DNA of 64,000 bases, from NCBI GenBank assembly GCA_030830865.1, contig JAURME010000073.1, positions 5,427 through 69,426 of the forward strand, written 5' to 3'. The translations under genes and the position numbers were made by a program. The notes under the pieces were generated by a model that saw only the letters and a list, made by a program, of their open reading frames with translations, was not told the origin of the DNA and searched no databases. The DNA is from Candidatus Nanopelagicales bacterium. GTDB taxonomy: Bacteria > Actinomycetota > Actinomycetes > S36-B12. Shown here in pieces: positions 1-9,629 of this stretch. Within the stretch, counting starts at the first letter, position 1. Every line of letters starts with the position of its first letter.

Positions 1-670
1 CAACCTCGTCGTCTCGATCGACACCGTCATCTACTTCCAGGTGACCGATCCGAAGGCCGCGACCTACGAGATCAGCAGCTACATCCTCGGCATCGAGCAG
101 CTCACGGTGACGACCCTGCGCAACGTCATCGGGTCGATGGACCTCGAGGAGGCGCTGACCTCGCGCGACCAGATCAACGGCCAGCTGCGTGGTGTACTCG
201 ACGAGGCAACGGGCAAGTGGGGAATCCGGGTCAACCGCGTCGAGCTGAAGGCCATCGACCCGCCGGCCACGGTGCAGGAGGCCATGGAGAAGCAGCTGCG
301 GGCCGAGCGCGAGCGCCGGGCCGTCATCCTGACGGCGGAGGGCGCCAAGCAGAGCGCCATCCTGAACGCCGAGGGTGCGAAGGCATCCGCGGTGCTCTCG
401 GCTCAGGCGGACGCCGAGGCGGCGGTGCTGCGAGCCGAGGGCGAGGCGAAGGCCAGGGTGATCGCGGCCGATGCCGAGGCGGCAGCGGTCGCGAGGATCT
501 ACGAGGGGCTGCGCGAGGCGAACCCGCAGCCCAATGAGCTGGCGCACCGCTACCTTCAGGCGCTGCCGGAAGTGGCGCAGGGGGACGCCAACAAGGTGTG
601 GGTCGTCCCCGCAGAGTTGACCAACGCCATCGGGTCGATCAGCGAGGCGATGCGGGGCCGATCCTCCTGA
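1..670 (+). CDS. SPFH/band-7 (stomatin/prohibitin-like) domain protein, 5'-truncated by window edge
   Basis: Frame is open from nt 2 (NLVVSIDTVIYFQVTDPKAATYE...), so the track's M at 41 is an internal GTG. SPFH core followed by an Ala/Glu-rich coiled-coil tail (RAERERRAVILTAEGAKQSAILNAEG). Confidence 0.85.
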   Translation, partial: NLVVSIDTVIYFQVTDPKAATYEISSYILGIEQLTVTTLRNVIGSMDLEEALTSRDQINGQLRGVLDEATGKWGIRVNRVELKAIDPPATVQEAMEKQLRAERERRAVILTAEGAKQSAILNAEGAKASAVLSAQADAEAAVLRAEGEAKARVIAADAEAAAVARIYEGLREANPQPNELAHRYLQALPEVAQGDANKVWVVPAELTNAIGSISEAMRGRSS

Positions 671-719
671 CGATGCTCCGATCGTCGATCGGACGGGCAT
701 CCGTCCTAGGCTCGGGGGC

Positions 720-1673
720 GTGACGAGCGAGATCGCAGTGAGCGCCGAGGGACTGGTCAAGCACTTCGGCGAGGTGAAGGCCCTCGACGGCATCGACCTC
801 ACGGTGCGCAAGGGGCAGGTGGTCGGGCTCCTCGGGCCCAACGGTGCCGGCAAGACGACGACGGTCCGGATCCTGTCGACCCTGCTGCAGCCCACGGCCG
901 GCACGGCGACCGTCGCGGGCTTCGACGTCGTGAAGCAGCCCGACGAAGTCCGGCGCGCGATCGGTCTCACCGGCCAGTACGCGGCGGTCGACGAGTACCT
1001 GACCGGCCGGGAGAATCTGCGCATGTTCGGCGACCTGTACCACCTGGCGCCGAAGTACGTGAAGGAGCGCAGCGCCGAGCTGCTCGAATGGTTCGACCTC
1101 ACCGATGCTGCTGACCGGCCGGCGAAGACCTACTCCGGTGGCATGCGGCGCCGCCTCGACCTGGCGGCCAGTCTCGTCGCATCCCCGTCGATCCTGTTCC
1201 TCGACGAGCCCACCACCGGGCTCGATCCCCGATCGCGGCTAGGCCTGTGGGGGGTCATCGAGAACCTGGTGCAGGAGGGCACGACCGTCCTGCTGACGAC
1301 CCAATACCTCGAGGAGGCCGACCAGCTCGCCGAGGACATCGTCGTCATCGACCACGGCAAGGTCATCGCGCACGGGACGTCCGAGCAGCTGAAGGACCAG
1401 ATCGGCGGTGACCGAGTCGAGGTCACCGTCCTGGATCCCGACGCTGTGGGTCGTGCGGCCGATGCCCTGCGGTCGGTGGGCAACGGGGATCCGCTGGTCG
1501 AGGACCTCCGTGTCTCCGCTCCCGTCTCCGGTGGATCGACCGTGCTGGTCGACGCGATCCGGGCGCTGGACGCCCAGGGGGTCGCGGTCTCCGACCTGCA
1601 GCTGCGTCGACCCACTCTCGACGACGTCTTCATGTCGCTGACCGGGCACGTCGCCGAGGAGGAGTCCGCATGA
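720..1673 (+). CDS. ABC transporter ATP-binding protein (DrrA/ABC-2 exporter type)
   Basis: Walker A GPNGAGKTTT, signature YSGGMRRRL, Walker B ILFLDEPTTGLD. GTG start. Confidence 0.9.
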   Translation: MTSEIAVSAEGLVKHFGEVKALDGIDLTVRKGQVVGLLGPNGAGKTTTVRILSTLLQPTAGTATVAGFDVVKQPDEVRRAIGLTGQYAAVDEYLTGRENLRMFGDLYHLAPKYVKERSAELLEWFDLTDAADRPAKTYSGGMRRRLDLAASLVASPSILFLDEPTTGLDPRSRLGLWGVIENLVQEGTTVLLTTQYLEEADQLAEDIVVIDHGKVIAHGTSEQLKDQIGGDRVEVTVLDPDAVGRAADALRSVGNGDPLVEDLRVSAPVSGGSTVLVDAIRALDAQGVAVSDLQLRRPTLDDVFMSLTGHVAEEESA

Positions 1674-2521
1674 GCACCCTGACCGCTGGCGTGCCCGTCG
1701 CGATGAAGCGGCCGATCTACGGGTGGACGATCCATGACGGACTCGTCGTCGCCCGTCGCAACCTGATCCAGACGGTCCGGGTACCCGAACTGCTGTTCTT
1801 CTCCCTCGTGCAGCCGGTGATCTTCGTGCTGCTGTTCGCCTACGTGTTCGGCGGCGCGATCCCGGTGCCGGGTGACAGCGACCCGAACGCCTACCGGCAA
1901 TACCTCATGCCGGGCATCTTCGGCCAGACGGTCGCGTTCGCGGCGGCGTCGAGCACCGTGGGTCTTGCCGAGGACATGCACAAGGGTCTGATCGACCGTT
2001 TCCGCGCGCTGCCGATGGCCCCGCCTGCGGTGCTCATCGGGCGCACCTTGGCCGACGCCGCGCGACAGATTCTCGTGCTGTTCGTCCTGACCATCACAGG
2101 ATTCCTCGTCGGCTGGCGCATCGACAACGGACTGCTCAACGCGATCTACGCCTACGCGCTGCTGCTGCTCTTCGCCTACACGGTCGCGTGGATCGGCGCC
2201 TGGATCGGCCTGTATATGCCGAACCCGGAGACTGCCAACACGGCCGGACTGGTGTGGCTGTTCCCGATGACCTTCCTGTCGAACGCCTTCGTGCCGCTGG
2301 CGTCCCTGCCGACCTGGCTGCAGTACATCGCAGCGTGGAACCCGATATCGGCTCTCGTCCTCGCGACGCGGGAGTTGTTTGGCAATCCGACGGGCATGGC
2401 CAACGACCAGTACTGGCCGCTGCAGCACCCGCAGCTGTACACGATCGCCTCGTGTGTGGCGCTGATCGCGATCTTCTCGACGCTGTCGGTTCGTCGCTAC
2501 CGTCGCACGACCAGCCGCTGA
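1670..2521 (+). CDS. ABC-2 type transporter permease
   Basis: ATGA start/stop overlap with the upstream ATPase. Multi-pass hydrophobic protein typical of DrrB-like ABC-2 permeases. Confidence 0.85.
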   Translation: MSTLTAGVPVAMKRPIYGWTIHDGLVVARRNLIQTVRVPELLFFSLVQPVIFVLLFAYVFGGAIPVPGDSDPNAYRQYLMPGIFGQTVAFAAASSTVGLAEDMHKGLIDRFRALPMAPPAVLIGRTLADAARQILVLFVLTITGFLVGWRIDNGLLNAIYAYALLLLFAYTVAWIGAWIGLYMPNPETANTAGLVWLFPMTFLSNAFVPLASLPTWLQYIAAWNPISALVLATRELFGNPTGMANDQYWPLQHPQLYTIASCVALIAIFSTLSVRRYRRTTSR

Positions 2522-2545
2522 TCCGCGGGGCGCTACCCTCGACGC

Positions 2546-2908
2546 ATGGCCCAAGGCGCACCTGCCGCTGCGGCACCGGATGAGGTGCCCGTCGACTACC
2601 GCTTCCTTCTCGCCAACGAACGCACCTTCCTCGCGTGGATGCGCACGGCGCTCGCGCTCATCGCCGGCGGGCTGGCGCTGGACCAGTTCGTCCGTGTCGA
2701 GAATGCCGAGGGACTGGTCGTTGCCATCGCCATCTCGATCGTCGCGGCCGGGGCCGTGGTCGCGATCGTCGGCACGTACCGGTGGTCGCGCACCGACCGA
2801 GCGATGCGTCACGGCACCCCTCTGGCCAGGACGCCCGTCCTGATCGTGGTCGGCACCCTCTTCGCGATCATGGCGGTGCTCGTCACCGGGATCATCCTGA
2901 TTTCGTGA
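2546..2908 (+). CDS. DUF202 (YidH-like) small membrane protein
   Basis: LANERTFLAWMRTALALIAGGLAL motif followed by 3 TM segments. Confidence 0.75.
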   Translation: MAQGAPAAAAPDEVPVDYRFLLANERTFLAWMRTALALIAGGLALDQFVRVENAEGLVVAIAISIVAAGAVVAIVGTYRWSRTDRAMRHGTPLARTPVLIVVGTLFAIMAVLVTGIILIS

Positions 2909-2918
2909 GGACCGGGTC

Positions 2919-3224
2919 ATGAGCGTTCCCGGGGTCGGGTACGACGAGGTCGGCAGCCGCACGCGGCAGGCGTGGCTGCGCACGAGCCTGAACTTCATCG
3001 GGGTCACGCTGCTCGCGGAACGCGGGCTCATGCTGGCCGATGCTTCGATGTGGGCTCTGCTCGTCGCCTTGGTCCCGCTCATCGCGTTCCTGGCGGTGGC
3101 CTTCGTCCGGATGCGTCAGGTGAGGCACGCGGCGTCGGGGCAGGCCACGTCGGTTATCACCGTGACGGTGTTCTCGGCCGTCGTCGGTGTCTTCACCGTG
3201 GGCATGGTCGCCGTCCTGGTCTGA
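2919..3224 (+). CDS. DUF202-like small membrane protein (second of a pair)
   Basis: RTRQAWLRTSLNFIGVTLL motif and TM segments. Lies 10 nt after the first DUF202 gene. Confidence 0.6.
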   Translation: MSVPGVGYDEVGSRTRQAWLRTSLNFIGVTLLAERGLMLADASMWALLVALVPLIAFLAVAFVRMRQVRHAASGQATSVITVTVFSAVVGVFTVGMVAVLV

Positions 3225-3285
3225 CCACTCGCGGACCGGTCTGCGGCGCGACTCCGCGCTCCTGCAGTGACACGCTGGTAGTGGC

Positions 3286-3312
3286 GACGCGTGCGCGTCG
3301 TGAGTCGACTCA
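3286..3312. promoter_or_regulatory. Two adjacent perfect palindromes (GACGCGTGCGCGTC and TGAGTCGACTCA)
   Basis: 14-bp palindrome at 3286-3299 and 12-bp palindrome at 3301-3312, directly 5' of the GGGAGG Shine-Dalgarno (3313-3318) of the following orphan gene. Confidence 0.3.
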
Positions 3313-3326
3313 GGGAGGTGGTCGAG

Positions 3327-3701
3327 GTGACCGCCGTGATGGATCGCTACGAGAGAGAACTGCTGGCCCACCGAGCGTGGGATGAGTTGCCGCATGGTGG
3401 CCGGGACTCACTGGTGATGCAGGTGCAGTGCGCCGAGGGGCATCACGTCGCGAAGGTGTTCGCCACGGAGGCGGGTGACGTCGTCCGGACGACGGTGCGC
3501 CGGCGTGCCCACGGAAGCCGGGACCTCCCGGACGAGCCGCACACCCCGCACCACGCGCATCATCACGTGGACCTGCTCGTCGTGGACGAGGCCGATGATG
3601 ACGAGATCCCGGCCTGGTGCGACTGCGGGCCGCGGGCGCTGTCCCGCGCAGCGCTGTGCGAGTGGCGCGGGCTGGGCGAGACCCGGGTCGTCGTCGACTA
3701 G
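3327..3701 (+). CDS. Hypothetical protein, His-rich with CxxxH / CxC motifs
   Basis: G/C-rich third codon positions. GTG at 3327 lies 8 nt after GGGAGG; alternative starts are GTG 3336 and ATG 3339. Contains QCAEGHH, PHTPHHAHHH and WCDCGP. No family recognised. Confidence 0.5.
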   Translation: MTAVMDRYERELLAHRAWDELPHGGRDSLVMQVQCAEGHHVAKVFATEAGDVVRTTVRRRAHGSRDLPDEPHTPHHAHHHVDLLVVDEADDDEIPAWCDCGPRALSRAALCEWRGLGETRVVVD

Positions 3702-3729
3702 TAGCCGCTGAGCAGGAGCGCCAGGAGCA

Positions 3730-4038
3730 TCAACCGAGAGCCTTGCGCAACTGCCGAAGCCCGCGTTCCAGGTCGGTCAGAGTGGCACCCACCGTGTCGC
3801 CAGACTCCTGTCTAAGGCCGGCCAGGATCCAGGCGCGCAGCAGCGATGACACCGGGACGCCCTGCGCGGCCGCCATCATCGTGACCGCATCCGCATCGTC
3901 TTTGAGGAGTCGGACGGCAACTGTCGTCGTCTCATGCAGGCGGCGGAACTTCCCTGCAGCTGCGGCATCCTCGTCGGCCAAGGCCTCGGACCGCTTCTGC
4001 AGGTCGCGAACCTCCGAACGTGCATCATTCCGGACCAT
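3730..4038 (-). CDS. brnA: BrnA-like ribbon-helix-helix antitoxin
   Basis: C-terminal RHH-like segment (VAVRLLKDDADAVTMMAAAQGVPVSSLLRAWILAGL). ATG at 4038 overlaps the upstream toxin gene by 14 nt. The track ORF's longer N-terminus is probably not translated. Confidence 0.6.
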   Translation of the reverse strand: MVRNDARSEVRDLQKRSEALADEDAAAAGKFRRLHETTTVAVRLLKDDADAVTMMAAAQGVPVSSLLRAWILAGLRQESGDTVGATLTDLERGLRQLRKALG

Positions 4039-4321
4039 GGCGATTGCCTTCCTCGTATCGACGAATGTGGCTGCCGTTGGCGAGCCAAGCTGTGGCGGCG
4101 ATGAAGGCATCGTCGCGACGTACGGCGATGATCACGATGACCGCCCGAGCTCCCCGCGAGTACCCGAGGACCCGCACGGAACGGCCGCTCCGGCTGCTGG
4201 GGTCGGGATCGCGCACCAAGGCGTTCGGGTCGTCCCAGGCATCACGCGCCCACTCGAGGCGGATTCCGTGCCGGTCCCACATGTGCGGTGCCGCAAGCGA
4301 CCAGTCGACATCGTGAGCCAT
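4025..4321 (-). CDS. brnT: BrnT-like (DUF497) toxin
   Basis: 98 aa. Pattern HGI..EWA..AWDDP..........RSVRVLGYS......IVIIAVRRDD..IAATAW.AN....RRYEE resembles the DUF497/BrnT fold. Toxin-first gene order as in brnTA. Confidence 0.6.
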   Translation of the reverse strand: MAHDVDWSLAAPHMWDRHGIRLEWARDAWDDPNALVRDPDPSSRSGRSVRVLGYSRGARAVIVIIAVRRDDAFIAATAWLANGSHIRRYEEGNRHGPE

Positions 4322-4327
4322 CCCTTC

Positions 4328-4345
4328 TGTTTACATCTGTAAACA
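4328..4345 (-). promoter_or_regulatory. Perfect inverted repeat TGTTTACA-tc-TGTAAACA, candidate toxin-antitoxin operator
   Basis: 8-bp arms with a 2-bp spacer in an AT-rich patch, immediately upstream of the GAAGGG RBS and ATG (4321) of the toxin gene. Confidence 0.5.
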
Positions 4346-4426
4346 ATAGCGTGCGACAGTGATCGGTCTGCTGTGGATGGGTGACCACGGTGCGCGTCGA
4401 TTGTGGAGACAGGGGAGCATGACCCC

Positions 4427-6460
4427 ATGGCCAACCGACTCGCAGACTCGACGAGCCCCTACCTGCAGCAGCACGCGGACAACCCCGTGGACTGGTACGA
4501 GTGGGGCGACGAGGCCTTCGCGGAGGCGAAGCGCCGCGATGTGCCCATCTTCCTGTCGGTCGGGTATAGCGCGTGCCACTGGTGTCACGTCATGGCCCAT
4601 GAGTCCTTCGAGAAGGAGAACGTCGCGCGGGTGCTGAACGAGCGGTTCGTCAGCATCAAGGTTGATCGCGAGGAGCGACCTGACGTCGACGCCATCTACA
4701 TGGACGCGACAGTGAGCCTCACCGGCAGCGGCGGCTGGCCGATGTCCGTCTTCCTCGATCATGACGGCCGGCCGTTCTACGCCGGCACCTACTTCCCGCC
4801 GGAGCCACGGCATGGGCTGCCGTCGTTCACCCAGTTGGCCATGGGCCTGTCCGATGCGTGGAACGACCGGCGGGAGGACGTGCTCGCCGCCGGTGTGCGC
4901 ATCATCAAGGCCCTGGAGTCGCGGTCCCTGCCCGAGGCGGGTGATCGGCCGCCGACCTCCGAGGAGCTCGACGCAGCGGTCGCGACACTGGCTGACCAGT
5001 TCGATCGGCGCTTCGCAGGGTTCGGGGGCGCCCCCAAGTTCCCGCCGTCGATGGTCCTGGAGTTCCTGCTGCGCCACACCGCCCTGACCGGCGATGAGGA
5101 CTCCCTGCGAATGGCCGAGGAGACGCTCACGTCCATGGCTCGGGGCGGAATGTATGACCAGATCGGTGGGGGCTTCGCCCGATACAGCGTCGACAGTCGC
5201 TGGGTCGTCCCTCACTTCGAGAAGATGCTGTACGACAACGCCCTGCTGCTGCGCGTGTACGCGCACTGGTGGCGCCTGACCGGATCCCCGCTCGCAGAGC
5301 GTGTCGTGCGCCAGACGGCGGCCTTCCTGCTGCGGGAGATGCGCACCGCAGAGGGCGGCTTCGCCGCGGCGTTGGACGCGGACAGCGAGGGTCAGGAGGG
5401 GGCGTTCTACGTCTGGACGCCGCAGCAACTGGCTGATCTCCTCGGTCACGAGGACGGTGTGTGGGCGGCGGACCTGCTGTCCGTCACCGAGGAGGGGACA
5501 TTCGAGGACGGGATGTCCACGTTGCAGCTGCTGCGAGATCCCGACGACGCGGACCGGTGGGAGCGCGTCCGCGCCGTCCTGCTGGCGGCTCGCGAGGAGC
5601 GGGAGCGCCCGGGGCGCGACGACAAGGTCGTCGCCTCCTGGAACGGCCTGGCGATTGCTGCGCTCGCCGAGGCGGGTGCCCTGCTGGGCGAGTCGACGTG
5701 GATCGAGGCGGCCGCCGGCGCGGCGGACCTCCTGGTGGCCGTGCACCTCGGCGCCGACGACGACGATCGGCTCGTGCGCACGTCCCGGGACGGTGTGGCG
5801 GGCAGCACCGCCGGCGTGGTGGACGACTACGGCTGCGTGGCCGAGGGATTCCAGTCCCTGTTCCAGGTGACAGGCGACGACGCGTGGCTCGTGCTTGCCG
5901 GCGTCTGCCTCGATGTCGCGATCCAGCACTTCGCGGACGGTGAAGGCGGCTTCTACACGACGGCCGACGACGTCATGGGGCTCATCCAACGGCCCCGGGA
6001 CCCGGCCGACAACGCTGAACCGTCGGGGTGGATGGCGGTCGCGAATGCGTGCATCACGCAGGGCGCGCTGACCGGGGTGACCGAGTACCGCTCCGTCGCA
6101 GAGGCCGCCCTCTGCCTCGTCTCCGTCCTCGGCCCGAGATCGCCGCGCGCGATGGGCTGGGGCCTGGCCGCCGCCGCGGCACTCGAGGCAGGCCCGCTCG
6201 AGGTGGCCGTCGTCAGCGAATCGGGTGATCCCGCGGTGGGCGACTGGTGGTGGACCGCCCTGATGGGCACCTCGCCGGGTCTGGTCGTCGCGGTCGGGTC
6301 ACCGGGCGAGGACGACGTCCCCCTCCTGCGCGAGCGGCCGACCGTTGACGGGCATCCGACCGCGTACGTCTGCCAGGGATTCACGTGCGATCGGCCGACG
6401 ACGGACCTCGCGACCTTGGCGGATCGGATTGGCACTCGGGCCACGCCTTCAGCGGAGTAA
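4427..6460 (+). CDS. Thioredoxin-domain protein (DUF255/YyaL-like, alpha/alpha-barrel C-terminal part)
   Basis: [13 protein letters not shown]...[19 protein letters not shown]-terminus. Start taken at MANRL (4427). Confidence 0.85.
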   Translation: MANRLADSTSPYLQQHADNPVDWYEWGDEAFAEAKRRDVPIFLSVGYSACHWCHVMAHESFEKENVARVLNERFVSIKVDREERPDVDAIYMDATVSLTGSGGWPMSVFLDHDGRPFYAGTYFPPEPRHGLPSFTQLAMGLSDAWNDRREDVLAAGVRIIKALESRSLPEAGDRPPTSEELDAAVATLADQFDRRFAGFGGAPKFPPSMVLEFLLRHTALTGDEDSLRMAEETLTSMARGGMYDQIGGGFARYSVDSRWVVPHFEKMLYDNALLLRVYAHWWRLTGSPLAERVVRQTAAFLLREMRTAEGGFAAALDADSEGQEGAFYVWTPQQLADLLGHEDGVWAADLLSVTEEGTFEDGMSTLQLLRDPDDADRWERVRAVLLAAREERERPGRDDKVVASWNGLAIAALAEAGALLGESTWIEAAAGAADLLVAVHLGADDDDRLVRTSRDGVAGSTAGVVDDYGCVAEGFQSLFQVTGDDAWLVLAGVCLDVAIQHFADGEGGFYTTADDVMGLIQRPRDPADNAEPSGWMAVANACITQGALTGVTEYRSVAEAALCLVSVLGPRSPRAMGWGLAAAAALEAGPLEVAVVSESGDPAVGDWWWTALMGTSPGLVVAVGSPGEDDVPLLRERPTVDGHPTAYVCQGFTCDRPTTDLATLADRIGTRATPSAE

Positions 6461-6506
6461 TCTGACGAGCACCGCTCGACCGGGCGGCAGACGGGCAGGA
6501 GGCTCG

Positions 6507-7268
6507 GTGGGTCTGAGCGATCTGGTGTACGGCGTCTATGAGCGCCGTCTCTACCAGCAGATCCCCCCTGAGCGCCGCCCCCGTCATGTCGGCGTCATCC
6601 TCGACGGCAATCGCCGCTGGGCCACGATGCAGGGCACGTCCTCGTCCCAGGGCCATCGAGCAGGTGCCGCCAAGATCGTCGAGTTCCTCGGCTGGTGCGA
6701 CGAAGCGGGTGTCGAGGTCGTCACCCTGTGGCTGCTGTCGACCGACAACCTGAACCGTCCCCCGGCTGAACTCGAGGCGCTGGTCGGGATCATCGAGGAC
6801 ACCGTCACGGGGCTCGTCGAGCAGGGGCGCTGGCGCCTGCACCCTGTGGGGGCCCTCGACCTGCTGCCCGACCACACCGCGCGCCTGCTCAAGGAGGCCG
6901 AGGAGCAGACGGCGGGAGTCGACGGCTCCCTCGTCAACGTGGCCGTGGGATACGGCGGTCGGCGCGAGGTGGTCGATGCTGTGCGCTCGCTGCTGCAGGA
7001 GCACGCGACGCAGGGCACGTCCTTGGACGAACTCGCCCAGTTGCTAGAGCCCGACCACATCGCCGAACACCTCTACACGAAGGGTCAGCCGGATCCGGAT
7101 CTGGTGATCCGCACTTCGGGGGAGCAGCGGCTCTCCGGCTTCCTCATGTGGCAGAGCGCCCACTCGGAGTTCTACTTCTGCGAGGCATACTGGCCGGACT
7201 TCCGCCACGTGGACTTCCTTCGGGCGCTGCGCGCCTACGCGGAGCGTGAGCGCCGCTACGGCGCGTAG
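6507..7268 (+). CDS. Isoprenyl transferase (cis-prenyl diphosphate synthase, UppS family; Rv1086-like position)
   Basis: HVGVILDGNRRWA and IRTSGEQRLSGFLMWQSAHSEFYF motifs. GTG 6507 is preceded by GGCAGGAGG. Confidence 0.85.
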   Translation: MGLSDLVYGVYERRLYQQIPPERRPRHVGVILDGNRRWATMQGTSSSQGHRAGAAKIVEFLGWCDEAGVEVVTLWLLSTDNLNRPPAELEALVGIIEDTVTGLVEQGRWRLHPVGALDLLPDHTARLLKEAEEQTAGVDGSLVNVAVGYGGRREVVDAVRSLLQEHATQGTSLDELAQLLEPDHIAEHLYTKGQPDPDLVIRTSGEQRLSGFLMWQSAHSEFYFCEAYWPDFRHVDFLRALRAYAERERRYGA

Positions 7269-7460
7269 TCTCCGCCGACCGCGACCATCGGCCGTGTCGG
7301 CCTTGTCGGCACCCGACCTTGATCGCACCGCGACATCGACTTCGGCGTGGCACCGCGGGTGCCGGGCCCGGGAGTCCTAGCGTCAGGGGCACGAGGTGAT
7401 CACCCGATCGCCCACAACCGCACCGGGTCACCGGGCTGGTGGCCCCGAGGGAGGCCGCAC

Positions 7461-8771
7461 GTGCCCGACACCCGTGGATCGCAGCGCCGCACCTACGTCC
7501 TGGACACCTCCGTCCTGCTCTCCGATCCCCGGGCACTGCTCCGGTTCGACGAGCATGACGTCGTAGTCCCCGTCGTCGTGGTGACAGAACTCGAGGCGAA
7601 GCGCAGTCATCCGGAACTCGGCTACTACGCGCGTCAGGCGCTCCGATTTCTCGACGACCTGCGGGTGTCCCACGGCCGTCTCGACGAAGCGATGCCGGTC
7701 GGTGAGTCCGGTGGAACGGTCCGGGTCGAGCTGAACCACTCGGACATGTCAGTCCTGCCGAACGGCCTGCAGCTCGGCGATAACGACACCCGCATCCTCG
7801 CGGTGGCCAGGAACCTCCAGGCGGACGGCCACACCGTCGTCCTGGTCAGCAAGGACCTCCCCATGCGGGTCAAGGCCTCGTCGGTGGGGCTCGCGGCCGA
7901 GGAGTACCGCGCTGAACTGGTCATGGAGACCGGGTACACGGGTATGACGGAGCTCGAGGTCAGCGTCGCTGACGTCGACCGGCTGTATGACGAGCAGGTG
8001 GTGGAGATCGCTGGCGCGGTGGACCTGCCCTGCAACACCGGCCTGGTGCTGCTCTCGGATCGCGGCAGCGCCCTGGGGCGCGTGACGTCGGACAAGCGGG
8101 TGCGTCTGGTGCGGGGAGACCGGGAGGCCTTCGGCATCCACGGCCGCAGTGCGGAGCAGCGCATCGCGCTCGACCTCCTCCTGGACCCGGAGATCGGCAT
8201 CGTCTCCCTCGGCGGGCGTGCCGGCACCGGAAAGAGTGCGCTGGCCCTGTGTGCCGGGCTCGAGGCGGTGCTCGAGCGCCGTCAGCATCGCAAGGTCATC
8301 GTCTTCCGCCCGCTCTTCGCCGTCGGTGGCCAGGAGCTCGGCTACCTGCCGGGAACCGAGGCGGAGAAGATGTCGCCGTGGGGTCAGGCGGTTTTTGACA
8401 CGCTCGGTGCCGTCACAACCCAGGAGGTCGTCGAGGAGATCGTCGATCGGGGAATGCTCGAGGTGCTGCCGTTGACGCACATCCGAGGGCGCTCCCTGCA
8501 CGACGCGTTCGTCATCGTGGACGAGGCGCAATCGCTGGAGCGCAACGTGCTCCTGACGGTCCTCTCGCGTGTCGGTCGCGACAGCCGTGTGATCCTCACC
8601 CATGACGTGGCGCAGCGGGACAACCTGCGCGTCGGTCGGCATGACGGCGTCGTCGCGGTGGTGGAGAAGCTCAAGGGCCATCCGCTCTTCGCCCATGTCA
8701 CGCTCACCCGCTCGGAGCGTTCGCCCATCGCCGCGCTTGTGACCGAGATGCTCGAGGACGTCTCGCTCTAG
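7461..8771 (+). CDS. phoH2: PhoH2: PIN-domain RNase fused to PhoH-like ATPase
   Basis: N-terminal PIN (YVLDTSVLL...VVTELE). Walker [13 protein letters not shown] and Walker [12 protein letters not shown] 7461 lies after GAGGGAGG; an in-frame upstream extension to 7347 is possible. Confidence 0.85.
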   Translation: MPDTRGSQRRTYVLDTSVLLSDPRALLRFDEHDVVVPVVVVTELEAKRSHPELGYYARQALRFLDDLRVSHGRLDEAMPVGESGGTVRVELNHSDMSVLPNGLQLGDNDTRILAVARNLQADGHTVVLVSKDLPMRVKASSVGLAAEEYRAELVMETGYTGMTELEVSVADVDRLYDEQVVEIAGAVDLPCNTGLVLLSDRGSALGRVTSDKRVRLVRGDREAFGIHGRSAEQRIALDLLLDPEIGIVSLGGRAGTGKSALALCAGLEAVLERRQHRKVIVFRPLFAVGGQELGYLPGTEAEKMSPWGQAVFDTLGAVTTQEVVEEIVDRGMLEVLPLTHIRGRSLHDAFVIVDEAQSLERNVLLTVLSRVGRDSRVILTHDVAQRDNLRVGRHDGVVAVVEKLKGHPLFAHVTLTRSERSPIAALVTEMLEDVSL

Positions 8772-8955
8772 GAAATGTGAGGCAGATCACACTTTCGGAC
8801 GATCCCCTCGTGGGGACGTGACGACTGTTGACGTATGTCCGATTTGCGGGAATCACCTGTGAGATGACCCACCCGCGTTCCACGTGACAATCCCCGGGTC
8901 CTGAGGCACGGTGGTCGTCGGTCCGGATCCACTCGCACCCCTCGGGAGCCCCTCC

Positions 8956-9603
8956 ATGCGGCGACGCCTCGGCGCCACCTCGATGGTCGTTGCTGCCGTT
9001 CTGCTGTCCGGCATCGCCGCCCCCGCTCAGGCCGACGAGGTGTTCCACCCAGAGGACACCGCCGTCGCCGTGGACGAGGCGCCGGCCAAGAAGCCCGCAG
9101 CCAAGCCCCAGTCCACTCCCGTGCCGCTGCCGGCGGGGGACCAGGACTCCGCTGATCAGGTCGATGCCCCCCCGGGTCCCGCGGCATCCGAGGACTCAGC
9201 CGATCGCGGAGAACGCGAGCTCGCGTTCGCCCGGGGCAGTCGCATGGCCGCCGACCTCACCGGCTATCTCCCGAGCCTGTACACCGGCAAGTGGTACATG
9301 CCCGGCAAGGAGGACGTGCGTCGCTGCATCATGAAGCGCGAGAGCCACGCCAACTACCGGTCGAGCAATGGCGTCTACCACGGCGCGTACCAGATGAGTT
9401 CCGCCCTCGGTCGCGGTGCCACGTGGATGATGCAGGCCGAGGTCCAGCGGGAGATGGGCGACGAGGGTGTCGCCATCGTGAAGGCCCTGCGCCAGCTGAC
9501 GCCCAACAAGTGGAACCGCTACTGGCAGGACCGCGCCTTCTGGACCATCTGGCGCAACGGCGAGGGGTCGCAGCACTGGCGCGGCGGCGCCCACAGCTGC
9601 TGA
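8956..9603 (+). CDS. Secreted lytic-transglycosylase-like protein
   Basis: Signal peptide MRRRLGATSMVVAAVLLSGIAAPAQA, a Pro/Ala-rich linker, then an SLT-like CIMKRESHANYRSSNGVYHGAYQM core. Confidence 0.65.
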   Translation: MRRRLGATSMVVAAVLLSGIAAPAQADEVFHPEDTAVAVDEAPAKKPAAKPQSTPVPLPAGDQDSADQVDAPPGPAASEDSADRGERELAFARGSRMAADLTGYLPSLYTGKWYMPGKEDVRRCIMKRESHANYRSSNGVYHGAYQMSSALGRGATWMMQAEVQREMGDEGVAIVKALRQLTPNKWNRYWQDRAFWTIWRNGEGSQHWRGGAHSC

Positions 9604-9629
9604 CGCCCTGCGCCTTCGCTCGTCCTGAC

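Noticed and set aside
1130-3082. 650-aa ORF on the minus strand, and similar very long ORFs (4331-5989 -, 11336-13192 +, 19858-21144 -, 45033-46946 +, 30875-32488 +, 13433-14545 +)
   Set aside because: All run antisense to, or in an alternative frame of, genes with unmistakable conserved motifs. Their translations are Arg/Gly/Pro/Asp-rich low-complexity strings typical of stop-codon-poor frames in high-G+C DNA. No motifs were recognised.
8772-8955. Possible cyclic-di-AMP (ydaO-type) riboswitch in the 184-nt leader of the secreted transglycosylase gene
   Set aside because: Such riboswitches are known upstream of actinobacterial rpf/cell-wall hydrolase genes, and the leader has GGGGAC / GGGAATC-like pieces. 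However, I could not find the strongly conserved ...CCGAACCCGACAGCT(A/C)ACCTCG... core or the pseudo-twofold architecture. It needs an Infernal/Rfam scan (RF00379) before any claim.
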